DNA of 64,000 nt from Candidatus Latescibacterota bacterium. GTDB taxonomy: Bacteria; Latescibacterota; UBA2968; GCA-2709665. How positions within the stretch are numbered: position 1 is the first letter of the stretch; each line of letters begins with the position of its first letter. The position numbers and the translations under genes were made by a program. Below, piece by piece: positions 48,040 through 57,612 of this stretch. The stretch spans positions 4,896,001 through 4,960,000 of the forward strand of contig OZ242180.1 of NCBI GenBank assembly GCA_965205485.1, given 5' to 3'. The notes under the pieces are model-generated. The model worked only from the letters and a program-made list of their open reading frames with translations. It made no database searches and had not been told where the DNA came from.

Positions 48040-48156
48040 AAGGTAGAGGGACGCCGTAGCCAGTGGAGAAGAAATCCTTGCCCGGCATTTTAACCCTCTT
48101 TGCCTCCGGCACGAAAAGAAACCTCACAAGGCAGGCAATCTCTCCCCTCTCCCGGT
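48034..48156 (-). repeat. Element A, copy 3
   Basis: Reverse-complement core AGAGATTGCCTGCCTTGTGAGGTTTCTTTTCGTGCCGGAGGCAAA; overlaps the RND stop codon. Confidence 0.75.
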
Positions 48157-48163
48157 TTTTCAA

Positions 48164-48627
48164 GGAACACGCCGTAGGCATGATTTTTAAGAGAAAGACG
48201 AAAGATGGATTTGCTTAATACATGTCGCTATTCTTGGAATCAAATCATTAATTTTCTTTTATTTACGTCCTTTTTCTTATGCGCGGAAGAAAAAGGACCA
48301 AAAAGAAGCGCGCCCTTCGGCAGGGGGCCGGTTTTTCCGTGAATCTCCTCAGTGGTGAAATTGGGATTCGGGTGGCCTTCACGTCCCTCTGCTGTACCAA
48401 AGCTCCGGTGTTGTACGGATTAACACGGAAAAACCCCCCATACCCCCGGTCGCCGGATGTGAAATGCATGGATTGGGCGAGACCTGCCTTTCTCCCTCTT
48501 TCCTTTAGGAGAGAGGGCCGGGGAGAGAGGTCTGCGCCATGCGTGGTGTTCAGCATGATAACGCAGACGTCACCTGATTCGGTTTCCGCTCATTGCTGAC
48601 GGCTGAATGCTGATCGCTGACAGCTGA
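48164..48627 (+). repeat. Composite structured repeat B, copy 2
   Basis: Identical 30-mer at 48316-48345, shared 48431-48536 block, ends in GCTGANN heptamers (48588-48627). Confidence 0.8.
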
Positions 48628-48694
48628 TTTCGCCGTAGGCAGGGAATTTGGGGAGATTTGGATTTGGTTTTTATAATGTCTATACAATTGCATG

Positions 48695-48727
48695 AAAAAG
48701 CGGGTCGGGATTGAATCCCGACCCGCT
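48695..48727 (-). terminator. Intrinsic terminator of the cox/cupin operon
   Basis: 13-bp stem AGCGGGTCGGGAT/ATCCCGACCCGCT with adjacent A-run. Confidence 0.75.
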
Positions 48728-48770
48728 GTTGTTTTTCTATTAGATCTCATCGACCCAGTGACGTGCGTCT

Positions 48771-49136
48771 CTATCCCGTTCGGTCTTCGGGCGGGATGTA
48801 GCGGTTGCCCAGTTCCACGTAGTCCTCCCTGACAGGGCTGAAGATGTCCAGCACGACGGCGGGGCCGTCCACGGCGACCGCGCGATGCGGCACGTTGGGC
48901 GGGATGAGGTAGGCGGCGTCCTTCTCAACCGTCCGGGTGACGTCGCCGATGGTCAGTTCGACCCGTCCCTCCAGCATGATCCCGCCCTGCTCGTGCGGAT
49001 GATGGTGCAGCGGCACGACCGCGCCCTCATCCATTTCCAGCAGGGAGATCATGAGATTCTCGCCGTAGGGCGCGCGGATGCGCACGCCTGGCGCGAGTTC
49101 GTTGACGGGGACGTCGTTCCAGTCGATATGGGGCAT
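48771..49136 (-). CDS. Cupin domain protein
   Basis: HHHPHEQ, IPPNVPH, DIFSPVREDY. Confidence 0.9.
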   Translation of the reverse strand: MPHIDWNDVPVNELAPGVRIRAPYGENLMISLLEMDEGAVVPLHHHPHEQGGIMLEGRVELTIGDVTRTVEKDAAYLIPPNVPHRAVAVDGPAVVLDIFSPVREDYVELGNRYIPPEDRTG

Positions 49137-49206
49137 ACGTGGATCCGGTTCGGGTCGCGGAATTCGGATGTGTACGGATCGTCCCAGCCGTGCCTGACAG
49201 GGATCG

Positions 49207-49716
49207 CTACTGCCCGGCCCCCGGCTTCTTGCCGCGGAGATAGTCCCTCAGGACGCCGTGCTTTACGGTTTCGCCCGGAGCGGCTCTGGCCTCGGCCTCG
49301 ATGGCACCGAAGAGCTGACGCGTCATCATCTTCGAGACGCTCAGGTGCAGCCGCTGGCCCACCGCTGCAACCGGCCCGCCCAGCCGCACGTCGCCGCTGT
49401 AGGTGACCTGAGTACCGTCTCCCTCGGCGGCGAGGTCGATCCTCCCCTCTCCCCTGACGAATCCGGTCTTGCCCTTCGCGTCGACGATCATCCGATAGCA
49501 TTCGGGCGGGTTCAGGTCTTCCAAGCGGACGGTGCCGCTGTAACTGCCTCTGATGGGCCCCACCCCGGCGTTTATATCCAGTTCGTACGTGTTCTCGCCC
49601 ACAAGCGCCAGCTTCCGGGCGCCGGGTATGCACCTGGCGAGGGCCTCGGGGTCGGTGAGCATTTCATAGACGCGTTGTCGCGGCGCGTTGATGGTGTGCG
49701 TACCCTTGATCTTCAA
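49207..49716 (-). CDS. coxG: CoxG/SRPBCC family protein
   Basis: LTDPEALARCIPG, GVGPIRGSYSG, GGPVAAVGQR. Confidence 0.88.
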   Translation of the reverse strand: MKIKGTHTINAPRQRVYEMLTDPEALARCIPGARKLALVGENTYELDINAGVGPIRGSYSGTVRLEDLNPPECYRMIVDAKGKTGFVRGEGRIDLAAEGDGTQVTYSGDVRLGGPVAAVGQRLHLSVSKMMTRQLFGAIEAEARAAPGETVKHGVLRDYLRGKKPGAGQ

Positions 49717-49813
49717 GAACGCCTCCTAACCGGGGGTTGGTACGCGAGTACGTGCGCCCGGCGGCATCAACCGGGCGCACGCGTTTAGCGTTCGAATCGA
49801 TTTGAGGCGGCGG

Positions 49814-50686
49814 TCAGGCCGCGCGCTCGGCAGCCCTCGCAAGCGCCTGCCGCGTGAAGACCCCGGCCAGATGGGCGCGGTAGTCGCCGGAGGCGTGGTG
49901 GTCTTCCTGAAAGTCGTCGACGCCGTCAGCCGCCTTCCCGGCTGCCGCGGCAATCGTATCGTCGTTCAGCGGGCCTCCCTGCAGCGCGGCTTCAGCGGCC
50001 GAGGCCCTGTAGGCCACCGGCGATACGCCGGTGACGCCGATGCCGACCGACGCGCAGTTGCCGTTGTCCAGCGTGACCTGCGCCGCAACGCCGCAGATGG
50101 CGAATCCCGAGGCGGACTGGTGCATCTTGACGTACGCGCCGCCCGAGTTGTCCGGCGGTGTGGCGATCCGAATCTGTGTGAGGATTTCGTCTTCGCCGAT
50201 GGCGACGGTGAGCAGGTCTTCGAAGAAATCGCCGACGGCAACGCTCCGCTCGCCCCCGGGGCCGGAGATATCCAGCTGGGCGTTGAGCGCCAGCATGGTC
50301 GCCGGCCAGTCCGCAGCCGGGTCCGCGTGGACCAGGCTCCCGCCGACCGTGCCCCGATTGCGCACCTGGGCGTCTCCGATGGCCGATGCCGTTTCCGGAA
50401 GCAGGCCGCACCTGGACTTCAGAAGCCGGTGGCTCTCCACCGCGTAGTGCGTCGCCAGGGCGCCGATCGAGATGGTTTCGTTTCCGGCGACGACCTTCCG
50501 CAGACCCGTGATGCCCCCCAGGTCGATGAGGGTTGCCGGCGAGGCGAACCGCAGTTTCATCAGCGGGATGAGGCTGTGGCCGCCTGCCAGGATCTTTGCG
50601 TCGCCGCCGTGTTCCTGAAGCAGGCTGAGCGCCTTTCTCAGGGTCTTCGGCGCATGATAGTCGAATGGGCTGGGAATCATTGTCAT
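49814..50686 (-). CDS. coxM: Molybdenum hydroxylase FAD-binding (medium) subunit
   Basis: LAGGHSLIPLMKLR, IGDAQVRNRGTVGGSLVHADPAAD. Confidence 0.93.
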   Translation of the reverse strand: MTMIPSPFDYHAPKTLRKALSLLQEHGGDAKILAGGHSLIPLMKLRFASPATLIDLGGITGLRKVVAGNETISIGALATHYAVESHRLLKSRCGLLPETASAIGDAQVRNRGTVGGSLVHADPAADWPATMLALNAQLDISGPGGERSVAVGDFFEDLLTVAIGEDEILTQIRIATPPDNSGGAYVKMHQSASGFAICGVAAQVTLDNGNCASVGIGVTGVSPVAYRASAAEAALQGGPLNDDTIAAAAGKAADGVDDFQEDHHASGDYRAHLAGVFTRQALARAAERAA

Positions 50687-50776
50687 CTCTCCACGTATCG
50701 AATATTGGACTTCCGCGCGAGCGCGCTCACCCGTTCATCATCCGGTTGCCGCGCCCCTGACGGTCCGGGCAGGCTG

Positions 50777-53107
50777 CTAACCCTGCATGAGCTTCCAGAG
50801 TTTTTCGGGACGCAGCGGCATGTCGACATGCCGCACGCCGAACGGCTTGAGCGCGTCCACCACCGCGTTGACGATGGACGGCGTGGAGCCGATGGTACCC
50901 GCCTCGCCCACGCCCTTGACGCCCATGGGGTTCACCGGTGAAGGTGTGACCGTGTTGTCGAGTTCGAAGCGCGGGAAATTATGCGCCTTGGGCAGGGCAT
51001 AGTCCATGAACGAACCGGTGATCATCTGTCCGCTCTCGTCGTAGATGGCTTCTTCGTACAGCGCCTGGCCCAGACCCTGGGCGATACCCCCGTGGATCTG
51101 CCCCTCGACGATCATCGGGTTGATGATCTGGCCGCAGTCGTCGACGGCGATGTACCGGAGGATGTCCACTTCGCCGGTGTCCGCGTCCACCTCCACGATG
51201 GCGATATGGGTGCCGAACGGGTAGGTGAAGTTGGACGGTTCGAAGAAGTGCGTGGCAGCCATGCCCGGCTCGGTATCCGGAGGCAGATTCACGCCCCCGT
51301 GGGCGGCCATGGAAATGTCCGCCAGGGTCACGCCCTGATCGGGCGACCCCTTGACGCCGTATTTGCCGTCTTCGACCACGATGTCGTCCGGATTGCTCTC
51401 CAGCAGGTGCGCGGCGATGTTGATGGCTTTCTCCTTGACCTTTTCCATGGCCATCACCATGGCCGTACCGCCCACCGCGGTCGCGCGCGAGCCGAACGTA
51501 CCGATACCGTACTGCACGGCTTCCGTATCGCCGTGGATGATCCGCACGTCGTCGATGTCCACCCCGAGACCGTCGGCGATGAGTTGCGCAAACGTGGTCT
51601 CCTGGCCCTGGCCATGGGGCGAGACGCCGGTGAGAACCGTGACTTTGCCGGTGGGGTCCACGCGTACGGTGCCGCTCTCCCAGCCGCCCGCCGGCATGGC
51701 GGCCGAGGGGCCCATCCCGCAGATCTCCACGTACGTGGAGAAGCCGATGCCGAGGTACCGGCCCTGTTCGCGGGCTTCGGCCTGTTCCTTGCGGAAACCC
51801 TCATAGTCGATCTTCCGCAGCGCCTTGTTCAGCGCGATCTCGTAGTCGCCGCTGTCGTAGGCGACGGCCGTACCGGTCTCGAAGGGAAACTCGTCCTTGC
51901 CGATGAAGTTCCTGCGCCGGACCTCGAGGGGGTCCATATCCAGATCGTAAGCCACGCAGTCCAGCATTCGCTCGATGAGGTACGTGGCTTCCGGCCTTCC
52001 TGCGCCGCGGTACGCATCGGTGGCCATCTTGTTGGTGAAGGCGGCAACGAGCTCCATCGATACGTTCTGGAACTTGTAACAACCGCAGAGCATCAGCCCC
52101 GTGAGCGTGGGGATGGCCGGCGTAAGCAACTGGTAGTAGGCCCCCACGTCGGCCTCAACGGTGTATTTGAGGCCCAGGATGGTCCCGTCGTTCTTGACGG
52201 GAATCTCCACGTCGCCCACCTGGTCGCGCCCGTGGATCGTGTGCAGGAAATTCTCACGCCTGCTCTCGATCCACTTGACAGGCCTCTTGAGCTGGATCGC
52301 GAGGTGACCCACCAGGGCTTCCTCGGCGTACACGTTCAGCTTGCAGCCGAAACCGCCGCCTACCTCGGGCGCGATGACCTGCACGAGCTGCTCGGGCCGG
52401 CTTAGAATGACCGAGAGCTGGGTTTTGAGCAGATGCGGGATCTGGGTGGAGGACCAGATGGTGAGCTTGCCGTCTCCGGGTTGAAACTGCGCGACCACGC
52501 CCCGGGTCTCCAGCGGGTTCGGCACCAGGCGCTGATGGTCGAATCGCTGTTTGACCACGCGGTCGGCCTGGGCGAAGGCGTCGTCGATGTCGCCGCCGGC
52601 AATGGCCCACGTAAAGGCCTGGTTGCTGCCGAATTCTTCGTGCAGAATGGGCGCGCCGTCTTTCAGCGCGGCAGCCGCCGAGTTGACGGCGTCGAGCGGA
52701 TCGTAGTCCACCTCGATGAGTTCGGCCGCGTCGCTTGCGGTGTAGGCGCTGTCCGCCACGACCGCTGCAACGGGCTCCCCTACGAACCGCACTTTACCGT
52801 GGGCCAGCACCGGATGCTCGGGAACCTGGATACCCGGAAAGCCCTCGGGATCCGTGGTGGCGCACGGTATGGTGCCGATATTGCCTTTGAGATCGTCGCC
52901 GGTCACCACGGCCACCACGCCCGGGTGGTCCGCCGCGGCGGCGGTATCGATGCCGCGGATGTGCGCGTGTCCGTACGGGCTTCTGAGGACAGCCACGTGC
53001 AGCGTGCCGGGCAGTTGGATGTCGTCTACGTACTGCGCAAGGCCCTGGATCAGCCGGGGATCTTCCCTGCGTTTGATTCTGGCGCCTACTGATTTACCGA
53101 CAGGCAT
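50777..53107 (-). CDS. coxL: Form II CO dehydrogenase-like molybdopterin (large) subunit
   Basis: RREDPRLI, VGGGFGCK, active-site AYRGAGR, SPHGQGQET, KGVGEAG. Confidence 0.92.
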   Translation of the reverse strand: MPVGKSVGARIKRREDPRLIQGLAQYVDDIQLPGTLHVAVLRSPYGHAHIRGIDTAAAADHPGVVAVVTGDDLKGNIGTIPCATTDPEGFPGIQVPEHPVLAHGKVRFVGEPVAAVVADSAYTASDAAELIEVDYDPLDAVNSAAAALKDGAPILHEEFGSNQAFTWAIAGGDIDDAFAQADRVVKQRFDHQRLVPNPLETRGVVAQFQPGDGKLTIWSSTQIPHLLKTQLSVILSRPEQLVQVIAPEVGGGFGCKLNVYAEEALVGHLAIQLKRPVKWIESRRENFLHTIHGRDQVGDVEIPVKNDGTILGLKYTVEADVGAYYQLLTPAIPTLTGLMLCGCYKFQNVSMELVAAFTNKMATDAYRGAGRPEATYLIERMLDCVAYDLDMDPLEVRRRNFIGKDEFPFETGTAVAYDSGDYEIALNKALRKIDYEGFRKEQAEAREQGRYLGIGFSTYVEICGMGPSAAMPAGGWESGTVRVDPTGKVTVLTGVSPHGQGQETTFAQLIADGLGVDIDDVRIIHGDTEAVQYGIGTFGSRATAVGGTAMVMAMEKVKEKAINIAAHLLESNPDDIVVEDGKYGVKGSPDQGVTLADISMAAHGGVNLPPDTEPGMAATHFFEPSNFTYPFGTHIAIVEVDADTGEVDILRYIAVDDCGQIINPMIVEGQIHGGIAQGLGQALYEEAIYDESGQMITGSFMDYALPKAHNFPRFELDNTVTPSPVNPMGVKGVGEAGTIGSTPSIVNAVVDALKPFGVRHVDMPLRPEKLWKLMQG

Positions 53108-53120
53108 GGGAGACCTCCTT

Positions 53121-53585
53121 TCAGGACCTCATCTTTTTGGCCGCGTACTGGACGGCGTCGACAATGTGCTGGTACCCGGTGCATCGGCAGAGGTTGCCCT
53201 CGATGCCGCGCCGGATCTGCGCTTCGGTGGGCCGTGAGTTGCGTTCCAGCAACTGGTGGGCGGCGATGATCATCCCGGGCGTGCAGAAACCGCACTGCAG
53301 GCCGTGGCACTCCCAGAAGCCTTCCTGAACGGGATGCAGTTCGCCGTTCTCGGCCAGACCTTCGATGGTGGTGATTTCGGCGCCGTTCGCCTGCACCGCG
53401 AGCAGGGTACAGGATTTGACCGCCTGCCCGTCGAGCATCACGGTACAAGCGCCGCAGAGGCTGGTCTCGCAGCCCACGTGGGTGCCCGTCAGGCCGACGA
53501 CGTCGCGCAGATAATGCACAAGCAGCAGCCTGGGCTCCACGTCGTGGCTGTGGCGCTCGCCGTTAATGGTGACTTCCACGTTCAC
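53121..53585 (-). CDS. coxS: [2Fe-2S] small subunit
   Basis: [37 protein letters not shown]. Confidence 0.95.
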   Translation of the reverse strand: MNVEVTINGERHSHDVEPRLLLVHYLRDVVGLTGTHVGCETSLCGACTVMLDGQAVKSCTLLAVQANGAEITTIEGLAENGELHPVQEGFWECHGLQCGFCTPGMIIAAHQLLERNSRPTEAQIRRGIEGNLCRCTGYQHIVDAVQYAAKKMRS

Positions 53586-53913
53586 TGGCCACCTCCTTTT
53601 TGTGTGTTTCCCGATTTCGCGGATCCGTTGACGATTTTCCGCAAAAGACGGAGTCGATAGAATCAGGGGGGTGAAGGTACGCACAATCGATACGCCTGCG
53701 CAAGCGGATTTCGCCGGGCCGCGGAAACGGCGAATTGCAACGGTATTGCACAGGCGTGGACAGGGTCGATATGCTTGCCTTTTTCAACACGCGTCTTTAA
53801 TTTTGTACCGGTCCTCAGGGCGTGGAACCCGGCTTCGCGTTCCGGACCGTCTGAGGTCATGCGCGTGCATCTGTCGGTCCTTTCACCGGGATAAAATTTC
53901 CAAGGGACGAAAA

Positions 53914-54546
53914 ATGGATCCGAAGCTCTACTACGTGGCAGACCCGATGTGTTCGTGGTGCTGGGGCTTCAGGCCGGTGCTGAAGGAGATCATCTCGGCG
54001 CTTCCGGAGGCCGTTCCGGTTGTGTACGTGATGGGCGGGCTGGCGAAGGACTCGGACGATCCGATGCCCGAAGAAACGCGCGCGTACGTGCAGCGGAACT
54101 GGCGGGAGGTCACAACAGCGACAGGGGCGGAGTTCAACTGGGACTTCTGGCGCAGATGCAAACCGCGCCGTTCCACCTACCCCGCCTGCCGCGCCGTGCT
54201 GGCGGCGAGGGCGCAGCGTGAAGACGCCGTGGCCGAGATGTTCGACGCCATCCAGCGCGCATATTACCGGGAGGCGCGGAATCCGTCGGATATCGAGACG
54301 CTGACCGCGGTGGCCGGGTCGCTTTCACCGCCACTGGACGTGGAACGGTTCGAACGGGATATCGGGTCGCCTGAGATCGAGGCGGAATTGCAGGCGGGAT
54401 TCAACCTGCGCCGATCGATGGGCGTACGGGAATTCCCGAGCGTGGTCGTGATACGCGGCGACGCGCAGACGGACGTCGTCCGCGGCTGGGCGAACGCCGA
54501 GACGGCGATGGCGCGGATGAAAAAAGCCTTTAGAGGGTATAGGTGA
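53914..54546 (+). CDS. DsbA/FrnE family thioredoxin-fold protein
   Basis: DPMCSWCWGF, RSTYPACRAV, GVREFPS. Confidence 0.9.
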   Translation: MDPKLYYVADPMCSWCWGFRPVLKEIISALPEAVPVVYVMGGLAKDSDDPMPEETRAYVQRNWREVTTATGAEFNWDFWRRCKPRRSTYPACRAVLAARAQREDAVAEMFDAIQRAYYREARNPSDIETLTAVAGSLSPPLDVERFERDIGSPEIEAELQAGFNLRRSMGVREFPSVVVIRGDAQTDVVRGWANAETAMARMKKAFRGYR

Positions 54547-54676
54547 GACGGGAGCCGGTAGATGAAATCAATGCCCCATAGTATTCTCCTGATTGCCTCC
54601 GGCATAAGAAGAAACCTCACAACGTAGGCGATCTCTCCCTTCTTCCTTCTTCCTTTTTACGTCTCACGTCTCCCCA
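54542..54676 (-). repeat. Element A, copy 4
   Basis: Reverse-complement core AGAGATCGCCTACGTTGTGAGGTTTCTTCTTATGCCGGAGGCAAT; overlaps the DsbA stop codon. Confidence 0.75.
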
Positions 54677-54749
54677 CTTAGCGACTCACGCATCTATAGT
54701 CGTATCGCCACGGAGTGTTTAAGTCAATTATTACAAGGAGGTTATCTTC

Positions 54750-55253
54750 ATGGCCGAAAGTGAGCCGATCACGCAGGAGCAGATGAACGAGTTTCTGTTT
54801 ACGCAGATCGTACTGATGTTTCAGGGCGCGGCCTGGCAGCATCTGGGCAAGGTGATGAACCCCGCCACCAACAAGGTGGAAAGGGACCTCTCCCAGGCGA
54901 AGAACACCATTGACATCCTGGGCATGCTGCAGGCGAAGACGAAGGGGAACCTCAGCGACAACGAAAAAAAGTTCCTGGAGCACGCGCTGTACGAGTTGAG
55001 AATGAACTACATCGACGAAGCGAACAAGGGACCCGACGAGACGGAAGCGGCTGCCGATGAGGCCGAGGCGCCAACGGCCGAACCCGAAGCATCCGCGGAG
55101 GAGAGCGGCGAAGATGGCTCCGGGAGCACGGAAGCCGAGGCGCCGGAGCAGGATGCGTCCGCGGAGCAGAGCGCCGGCGACGCCGCTGGAGCCGAGGAAG
55201 CGGAAGCGCCGAAGGACGAGCCGGCGTCGGAAACGACGGAGGAATCGGATTGA
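54750..55253 (+). CDS. DUF1844 domain protein with acidic tail
   Basis: AWQHLGKVMNP, AKNTIDILGMLQAKTKGNL, LYELRMNY. Confidence 0.85.
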   Translation: MAESEPITQEQMNEFLFTQIVLMFQGAAWQHLGKVMNPATNKVERDLSQAKNTIDILGMLQAKTKGNLSDNEKKFLEHALYELRMNYIDEANKGPDETEAAADEAEAPTAEPEASAEESGEDGSGSTEAEAPEQDASAEQSAGDAAGAEEAEAPKDEPASETTEESD

Positions 55254-55747
55254 AGCGTTCCCTCCTCCCCTGCGCGGTGCTGATCATGTTCTGGCTGGCC
55301 GGATGCGCGTACTATTCGACGTCGGCGACCGGGGGATCCGGTTTCCGCTCGGTGGCCATTCCGCTGATGGAAAACGAGAGCCTGGAGCCGGAAATCCAGC
55401 AGGCGCTCACCGACAGCCTGATCCAGGCGTTCCTACAGGACGCGGCGCTGCGGGTCACGGACGAAGACCGCGCGGACATCGTGCTTCGCGGCACCGTCGT
55501 GGAGGTGAGGGACGACCCGTTCACCTACCGCGGCCAGGAGGACCAGTTCCAGATCTCGGTCTTCCTGGACGTAAGTTGCTACGACGTGAAGAACAAGAAG
55601 CTGCTGTGGGAGGAGAAGCGCCTGAAGGGATACGGCATCTACAGCGCCGCCGGCCAGCGCGAAGAAGCCCGCCTCGAGGGCCTCGGCGCGGCGTTCGAGA
55701 TCCTGACGCGGGATATCGTGGACAGGACACAGGTCGGCGGGTGGTAG
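55250..55747 (+). CDS. LptE-like lipoprotein
   Basis: Lipobox LAGC; SVAIPLMENES; ends in W as FCB-type LptE often does. Confidence 0.75.
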   Translation: MKRSLLPCAVLIMFWLAGCAYYSTSATGGSGFRSVAIPLMENESLEPEIQQALTDSLIQAFLQDAALRVTDEDRADIVLRGTVVEVRDDPFTYRGQEDQFQISVFLDVSCYDVKNKKLLWEEKRLKGYGIYSAAGQREEARLEGLGAAFEILTRDIVDRTQVGGW

Positions 55748-55927
55748 GGATAGACCATCGAGGATTGGTGCATGGGAACATGGATTAACAGGATAGGCAG
55801 GATAAAGGCGGGAAAGCAAAGAGCGGGACAAACACGAAAATCCGGCATAGCACGACTCGGGCCTCGGTGGTTGACGAGGCATAGTAGCGCGTATACAGCA
55901 CTGTGATCCTCCTTGCCCGGAGCCGCT

Positions 55928-56062
55928 CCCTGAGCCGTTGTCCTGAGCCTGCCGAAGGGTTGTCGAAGGGTCGGCGAAGGGCTGTGCAAGGGAGTCGAAC
56001 GGATGCCGGAACACGGGCACTTCGACATTTCGACAAGCTCAATGCAGGCATGCTCAGTGACC
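55928..56062. repeat. REP-like palindromic cluster (CTGAGC..GTCGAAG / TTCGACAAGCTCA type)
   Basis: CCTGAGCCTGCCGAAGGG and TTCGACAAGCTCA complementary motifs; related GAGCCTGTCGAAG at ~9790. Confidence 0.55.
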
Positions 56063-56421
56063 ACGTTTAGGTAGGTTCAAGGTCCGCTTTGACAAGCTTT
56101 GCCGATGCAGCGGAGGTTGAAAACCAGGGTTTGCTACCCGTAGCACAAAAGTGGCAAATCTAATGTGTAGGTTTGACTGATTTTTTCGATTTTCACGGTT
56201 CTCATCCTGTAGGTCCTGTCTATCCATATAAGTTGCCTTGCCTTTTGACTTCGAGTCCTTCCAGCTGATCCATGTTTACCGGTTCTGGTTTGCCCCGTTT
56301 TTGTGCCGTTTGTGCTTTTTGTAGTCTTCGCTTTTTTGTTGTTTCTTCTGGTTTTATCCTGCTCATCCTGTCCATCCATGTTTGATGGTGTTGACTTTGG
56401 CGATGGGAAGGGGGTCTTACG

Positions 56422-57009
56422 ATGCCGTATATCGATGTTATTCCACCAGATAGGGCCACCGGCCTGTTGAAGAAGCTGTATGACGCTGCGCTGAAGCGTG
56501 CCGGGAAGATCTGGAATATCGTCTCCGTCATGAGCCCGAATCCGCCGGCGATGAAGGCGTCGCTGGATTTCTACGGCACGTTGATGCACGGCCCCTCGCC
56601 CCTCAGCCGCGCGCGGCGGGAGATGCTCGCCGTGGTGGTCTCAGCCGCGAACCATTGCGTGTACTGAATTCGCTCGCACGCCCACGACCTCCGTGCCGAG
56701 GTCGCCGGACAGTTCGACGTCGAGGACGGCGAGGAAGCCGACCGGCTGGTGCATCAGTTGGCCGCGGACTGGCGCCAGGCCGATCTGCCGGCCGCCGACC
56801 GCGCGCTGTGCGCCTTCGCGGAGAAGCTCAGCCTGGATCCACGTGATTCAACGGCCGAAGACATCGAGGGGCTGCGCGAGCTTGGCTTCGACGACCGCGC
56901 CATCCACGACGCGGTCCAGATCATCGGCTTTTTCAACTATATCAACCGCGTGGCCGATGCGCTCGGCGTCGAACCGGAGACTTTCACGAAAGCATGGGGA
57001 GAATCCTGA
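56422..57009 (+). CDS. AhpD-like peroxidase-related selenoprotein (CxxU)
   Basis: REMLAVVVSAANHCVY-TGA-IRSHAHDL continues in frame to FFNYINRVADALGV; hairpin at 56685-56704. Confidence 0.85.
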
Positions 57010-57215
57010 GAAGATCAGAGAAGCAAAGCATGAAACATGGATGAACAGGATAGGCAGGATAAAGGCGGAAAACCATAAAAGCGGGACGAGCGGGCAGATC
57101 AGCAAAGCGCGAAACAGCCCGCGGATGATGAAAAGCCACCGTAGTACATTATCAAAATGCCCCGCACTCACGAGGACGAATGCAGGGCCGTTTCCGGATC
57201 TGGCTATGTTTGAGA

Positions 57216-57512
57216 TTAGCCGCTGAACGCCCTGATCGCAAGCCCAGCGATGGCCAGGATCGTCGTAATCTGCAACGGTACCATCCACCTATACAGCCTG
57301 TCGACCTTCGCTTCCAACGACATGCGATTCGCGTCGATCTTGCCATCCAGAGACGTGTGGCTGTCGTCAATCTTGGCGTCCACCGCGTCTATCTTTGTTT
57401 CCATACGCTCCAAACGGACGACGATTTGTTCGACCAAGCCCTCGATACGGGCCATACGTACCACATGGTCCAGGGGACTTCGGCGTTCCTGCGTTGGGCT
57501 TGTCTCGGCCAT
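57216..57512 (-). CDS. Small coiled-coil protein with C-terminal TM (DUF1640/CCDC90-like)
   Basis: Repetitive KID heptads followed by RWMVPLQITTILAIAGLAI. Confidence 0.65.
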   Translation of the reverse strand: MAETSPTQERRSPLDHVVRMARIEGLVEQIVVRLERMETKIDAVDAKIDDSHTSLDGKIDANRMSLEAKVDRLYRWMVPLQITTILAIAGLAIRAFSG

Positions 57513-57612
57513 CGTCTTCTCTATTTCAACTTGCTGCAAAAAGACTGGTCGGGGATGCTGTAAGGCGCCTTCAGACTGGTAGTCATTGGGGTTTTCCATC
57601 TCAGATCATCAA

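Noticed and set aside
50777..53107. Bona fide form I CO dehydrogenase
   Set aside because: Active-site loop is AYRGAGR, not AYXCSFR
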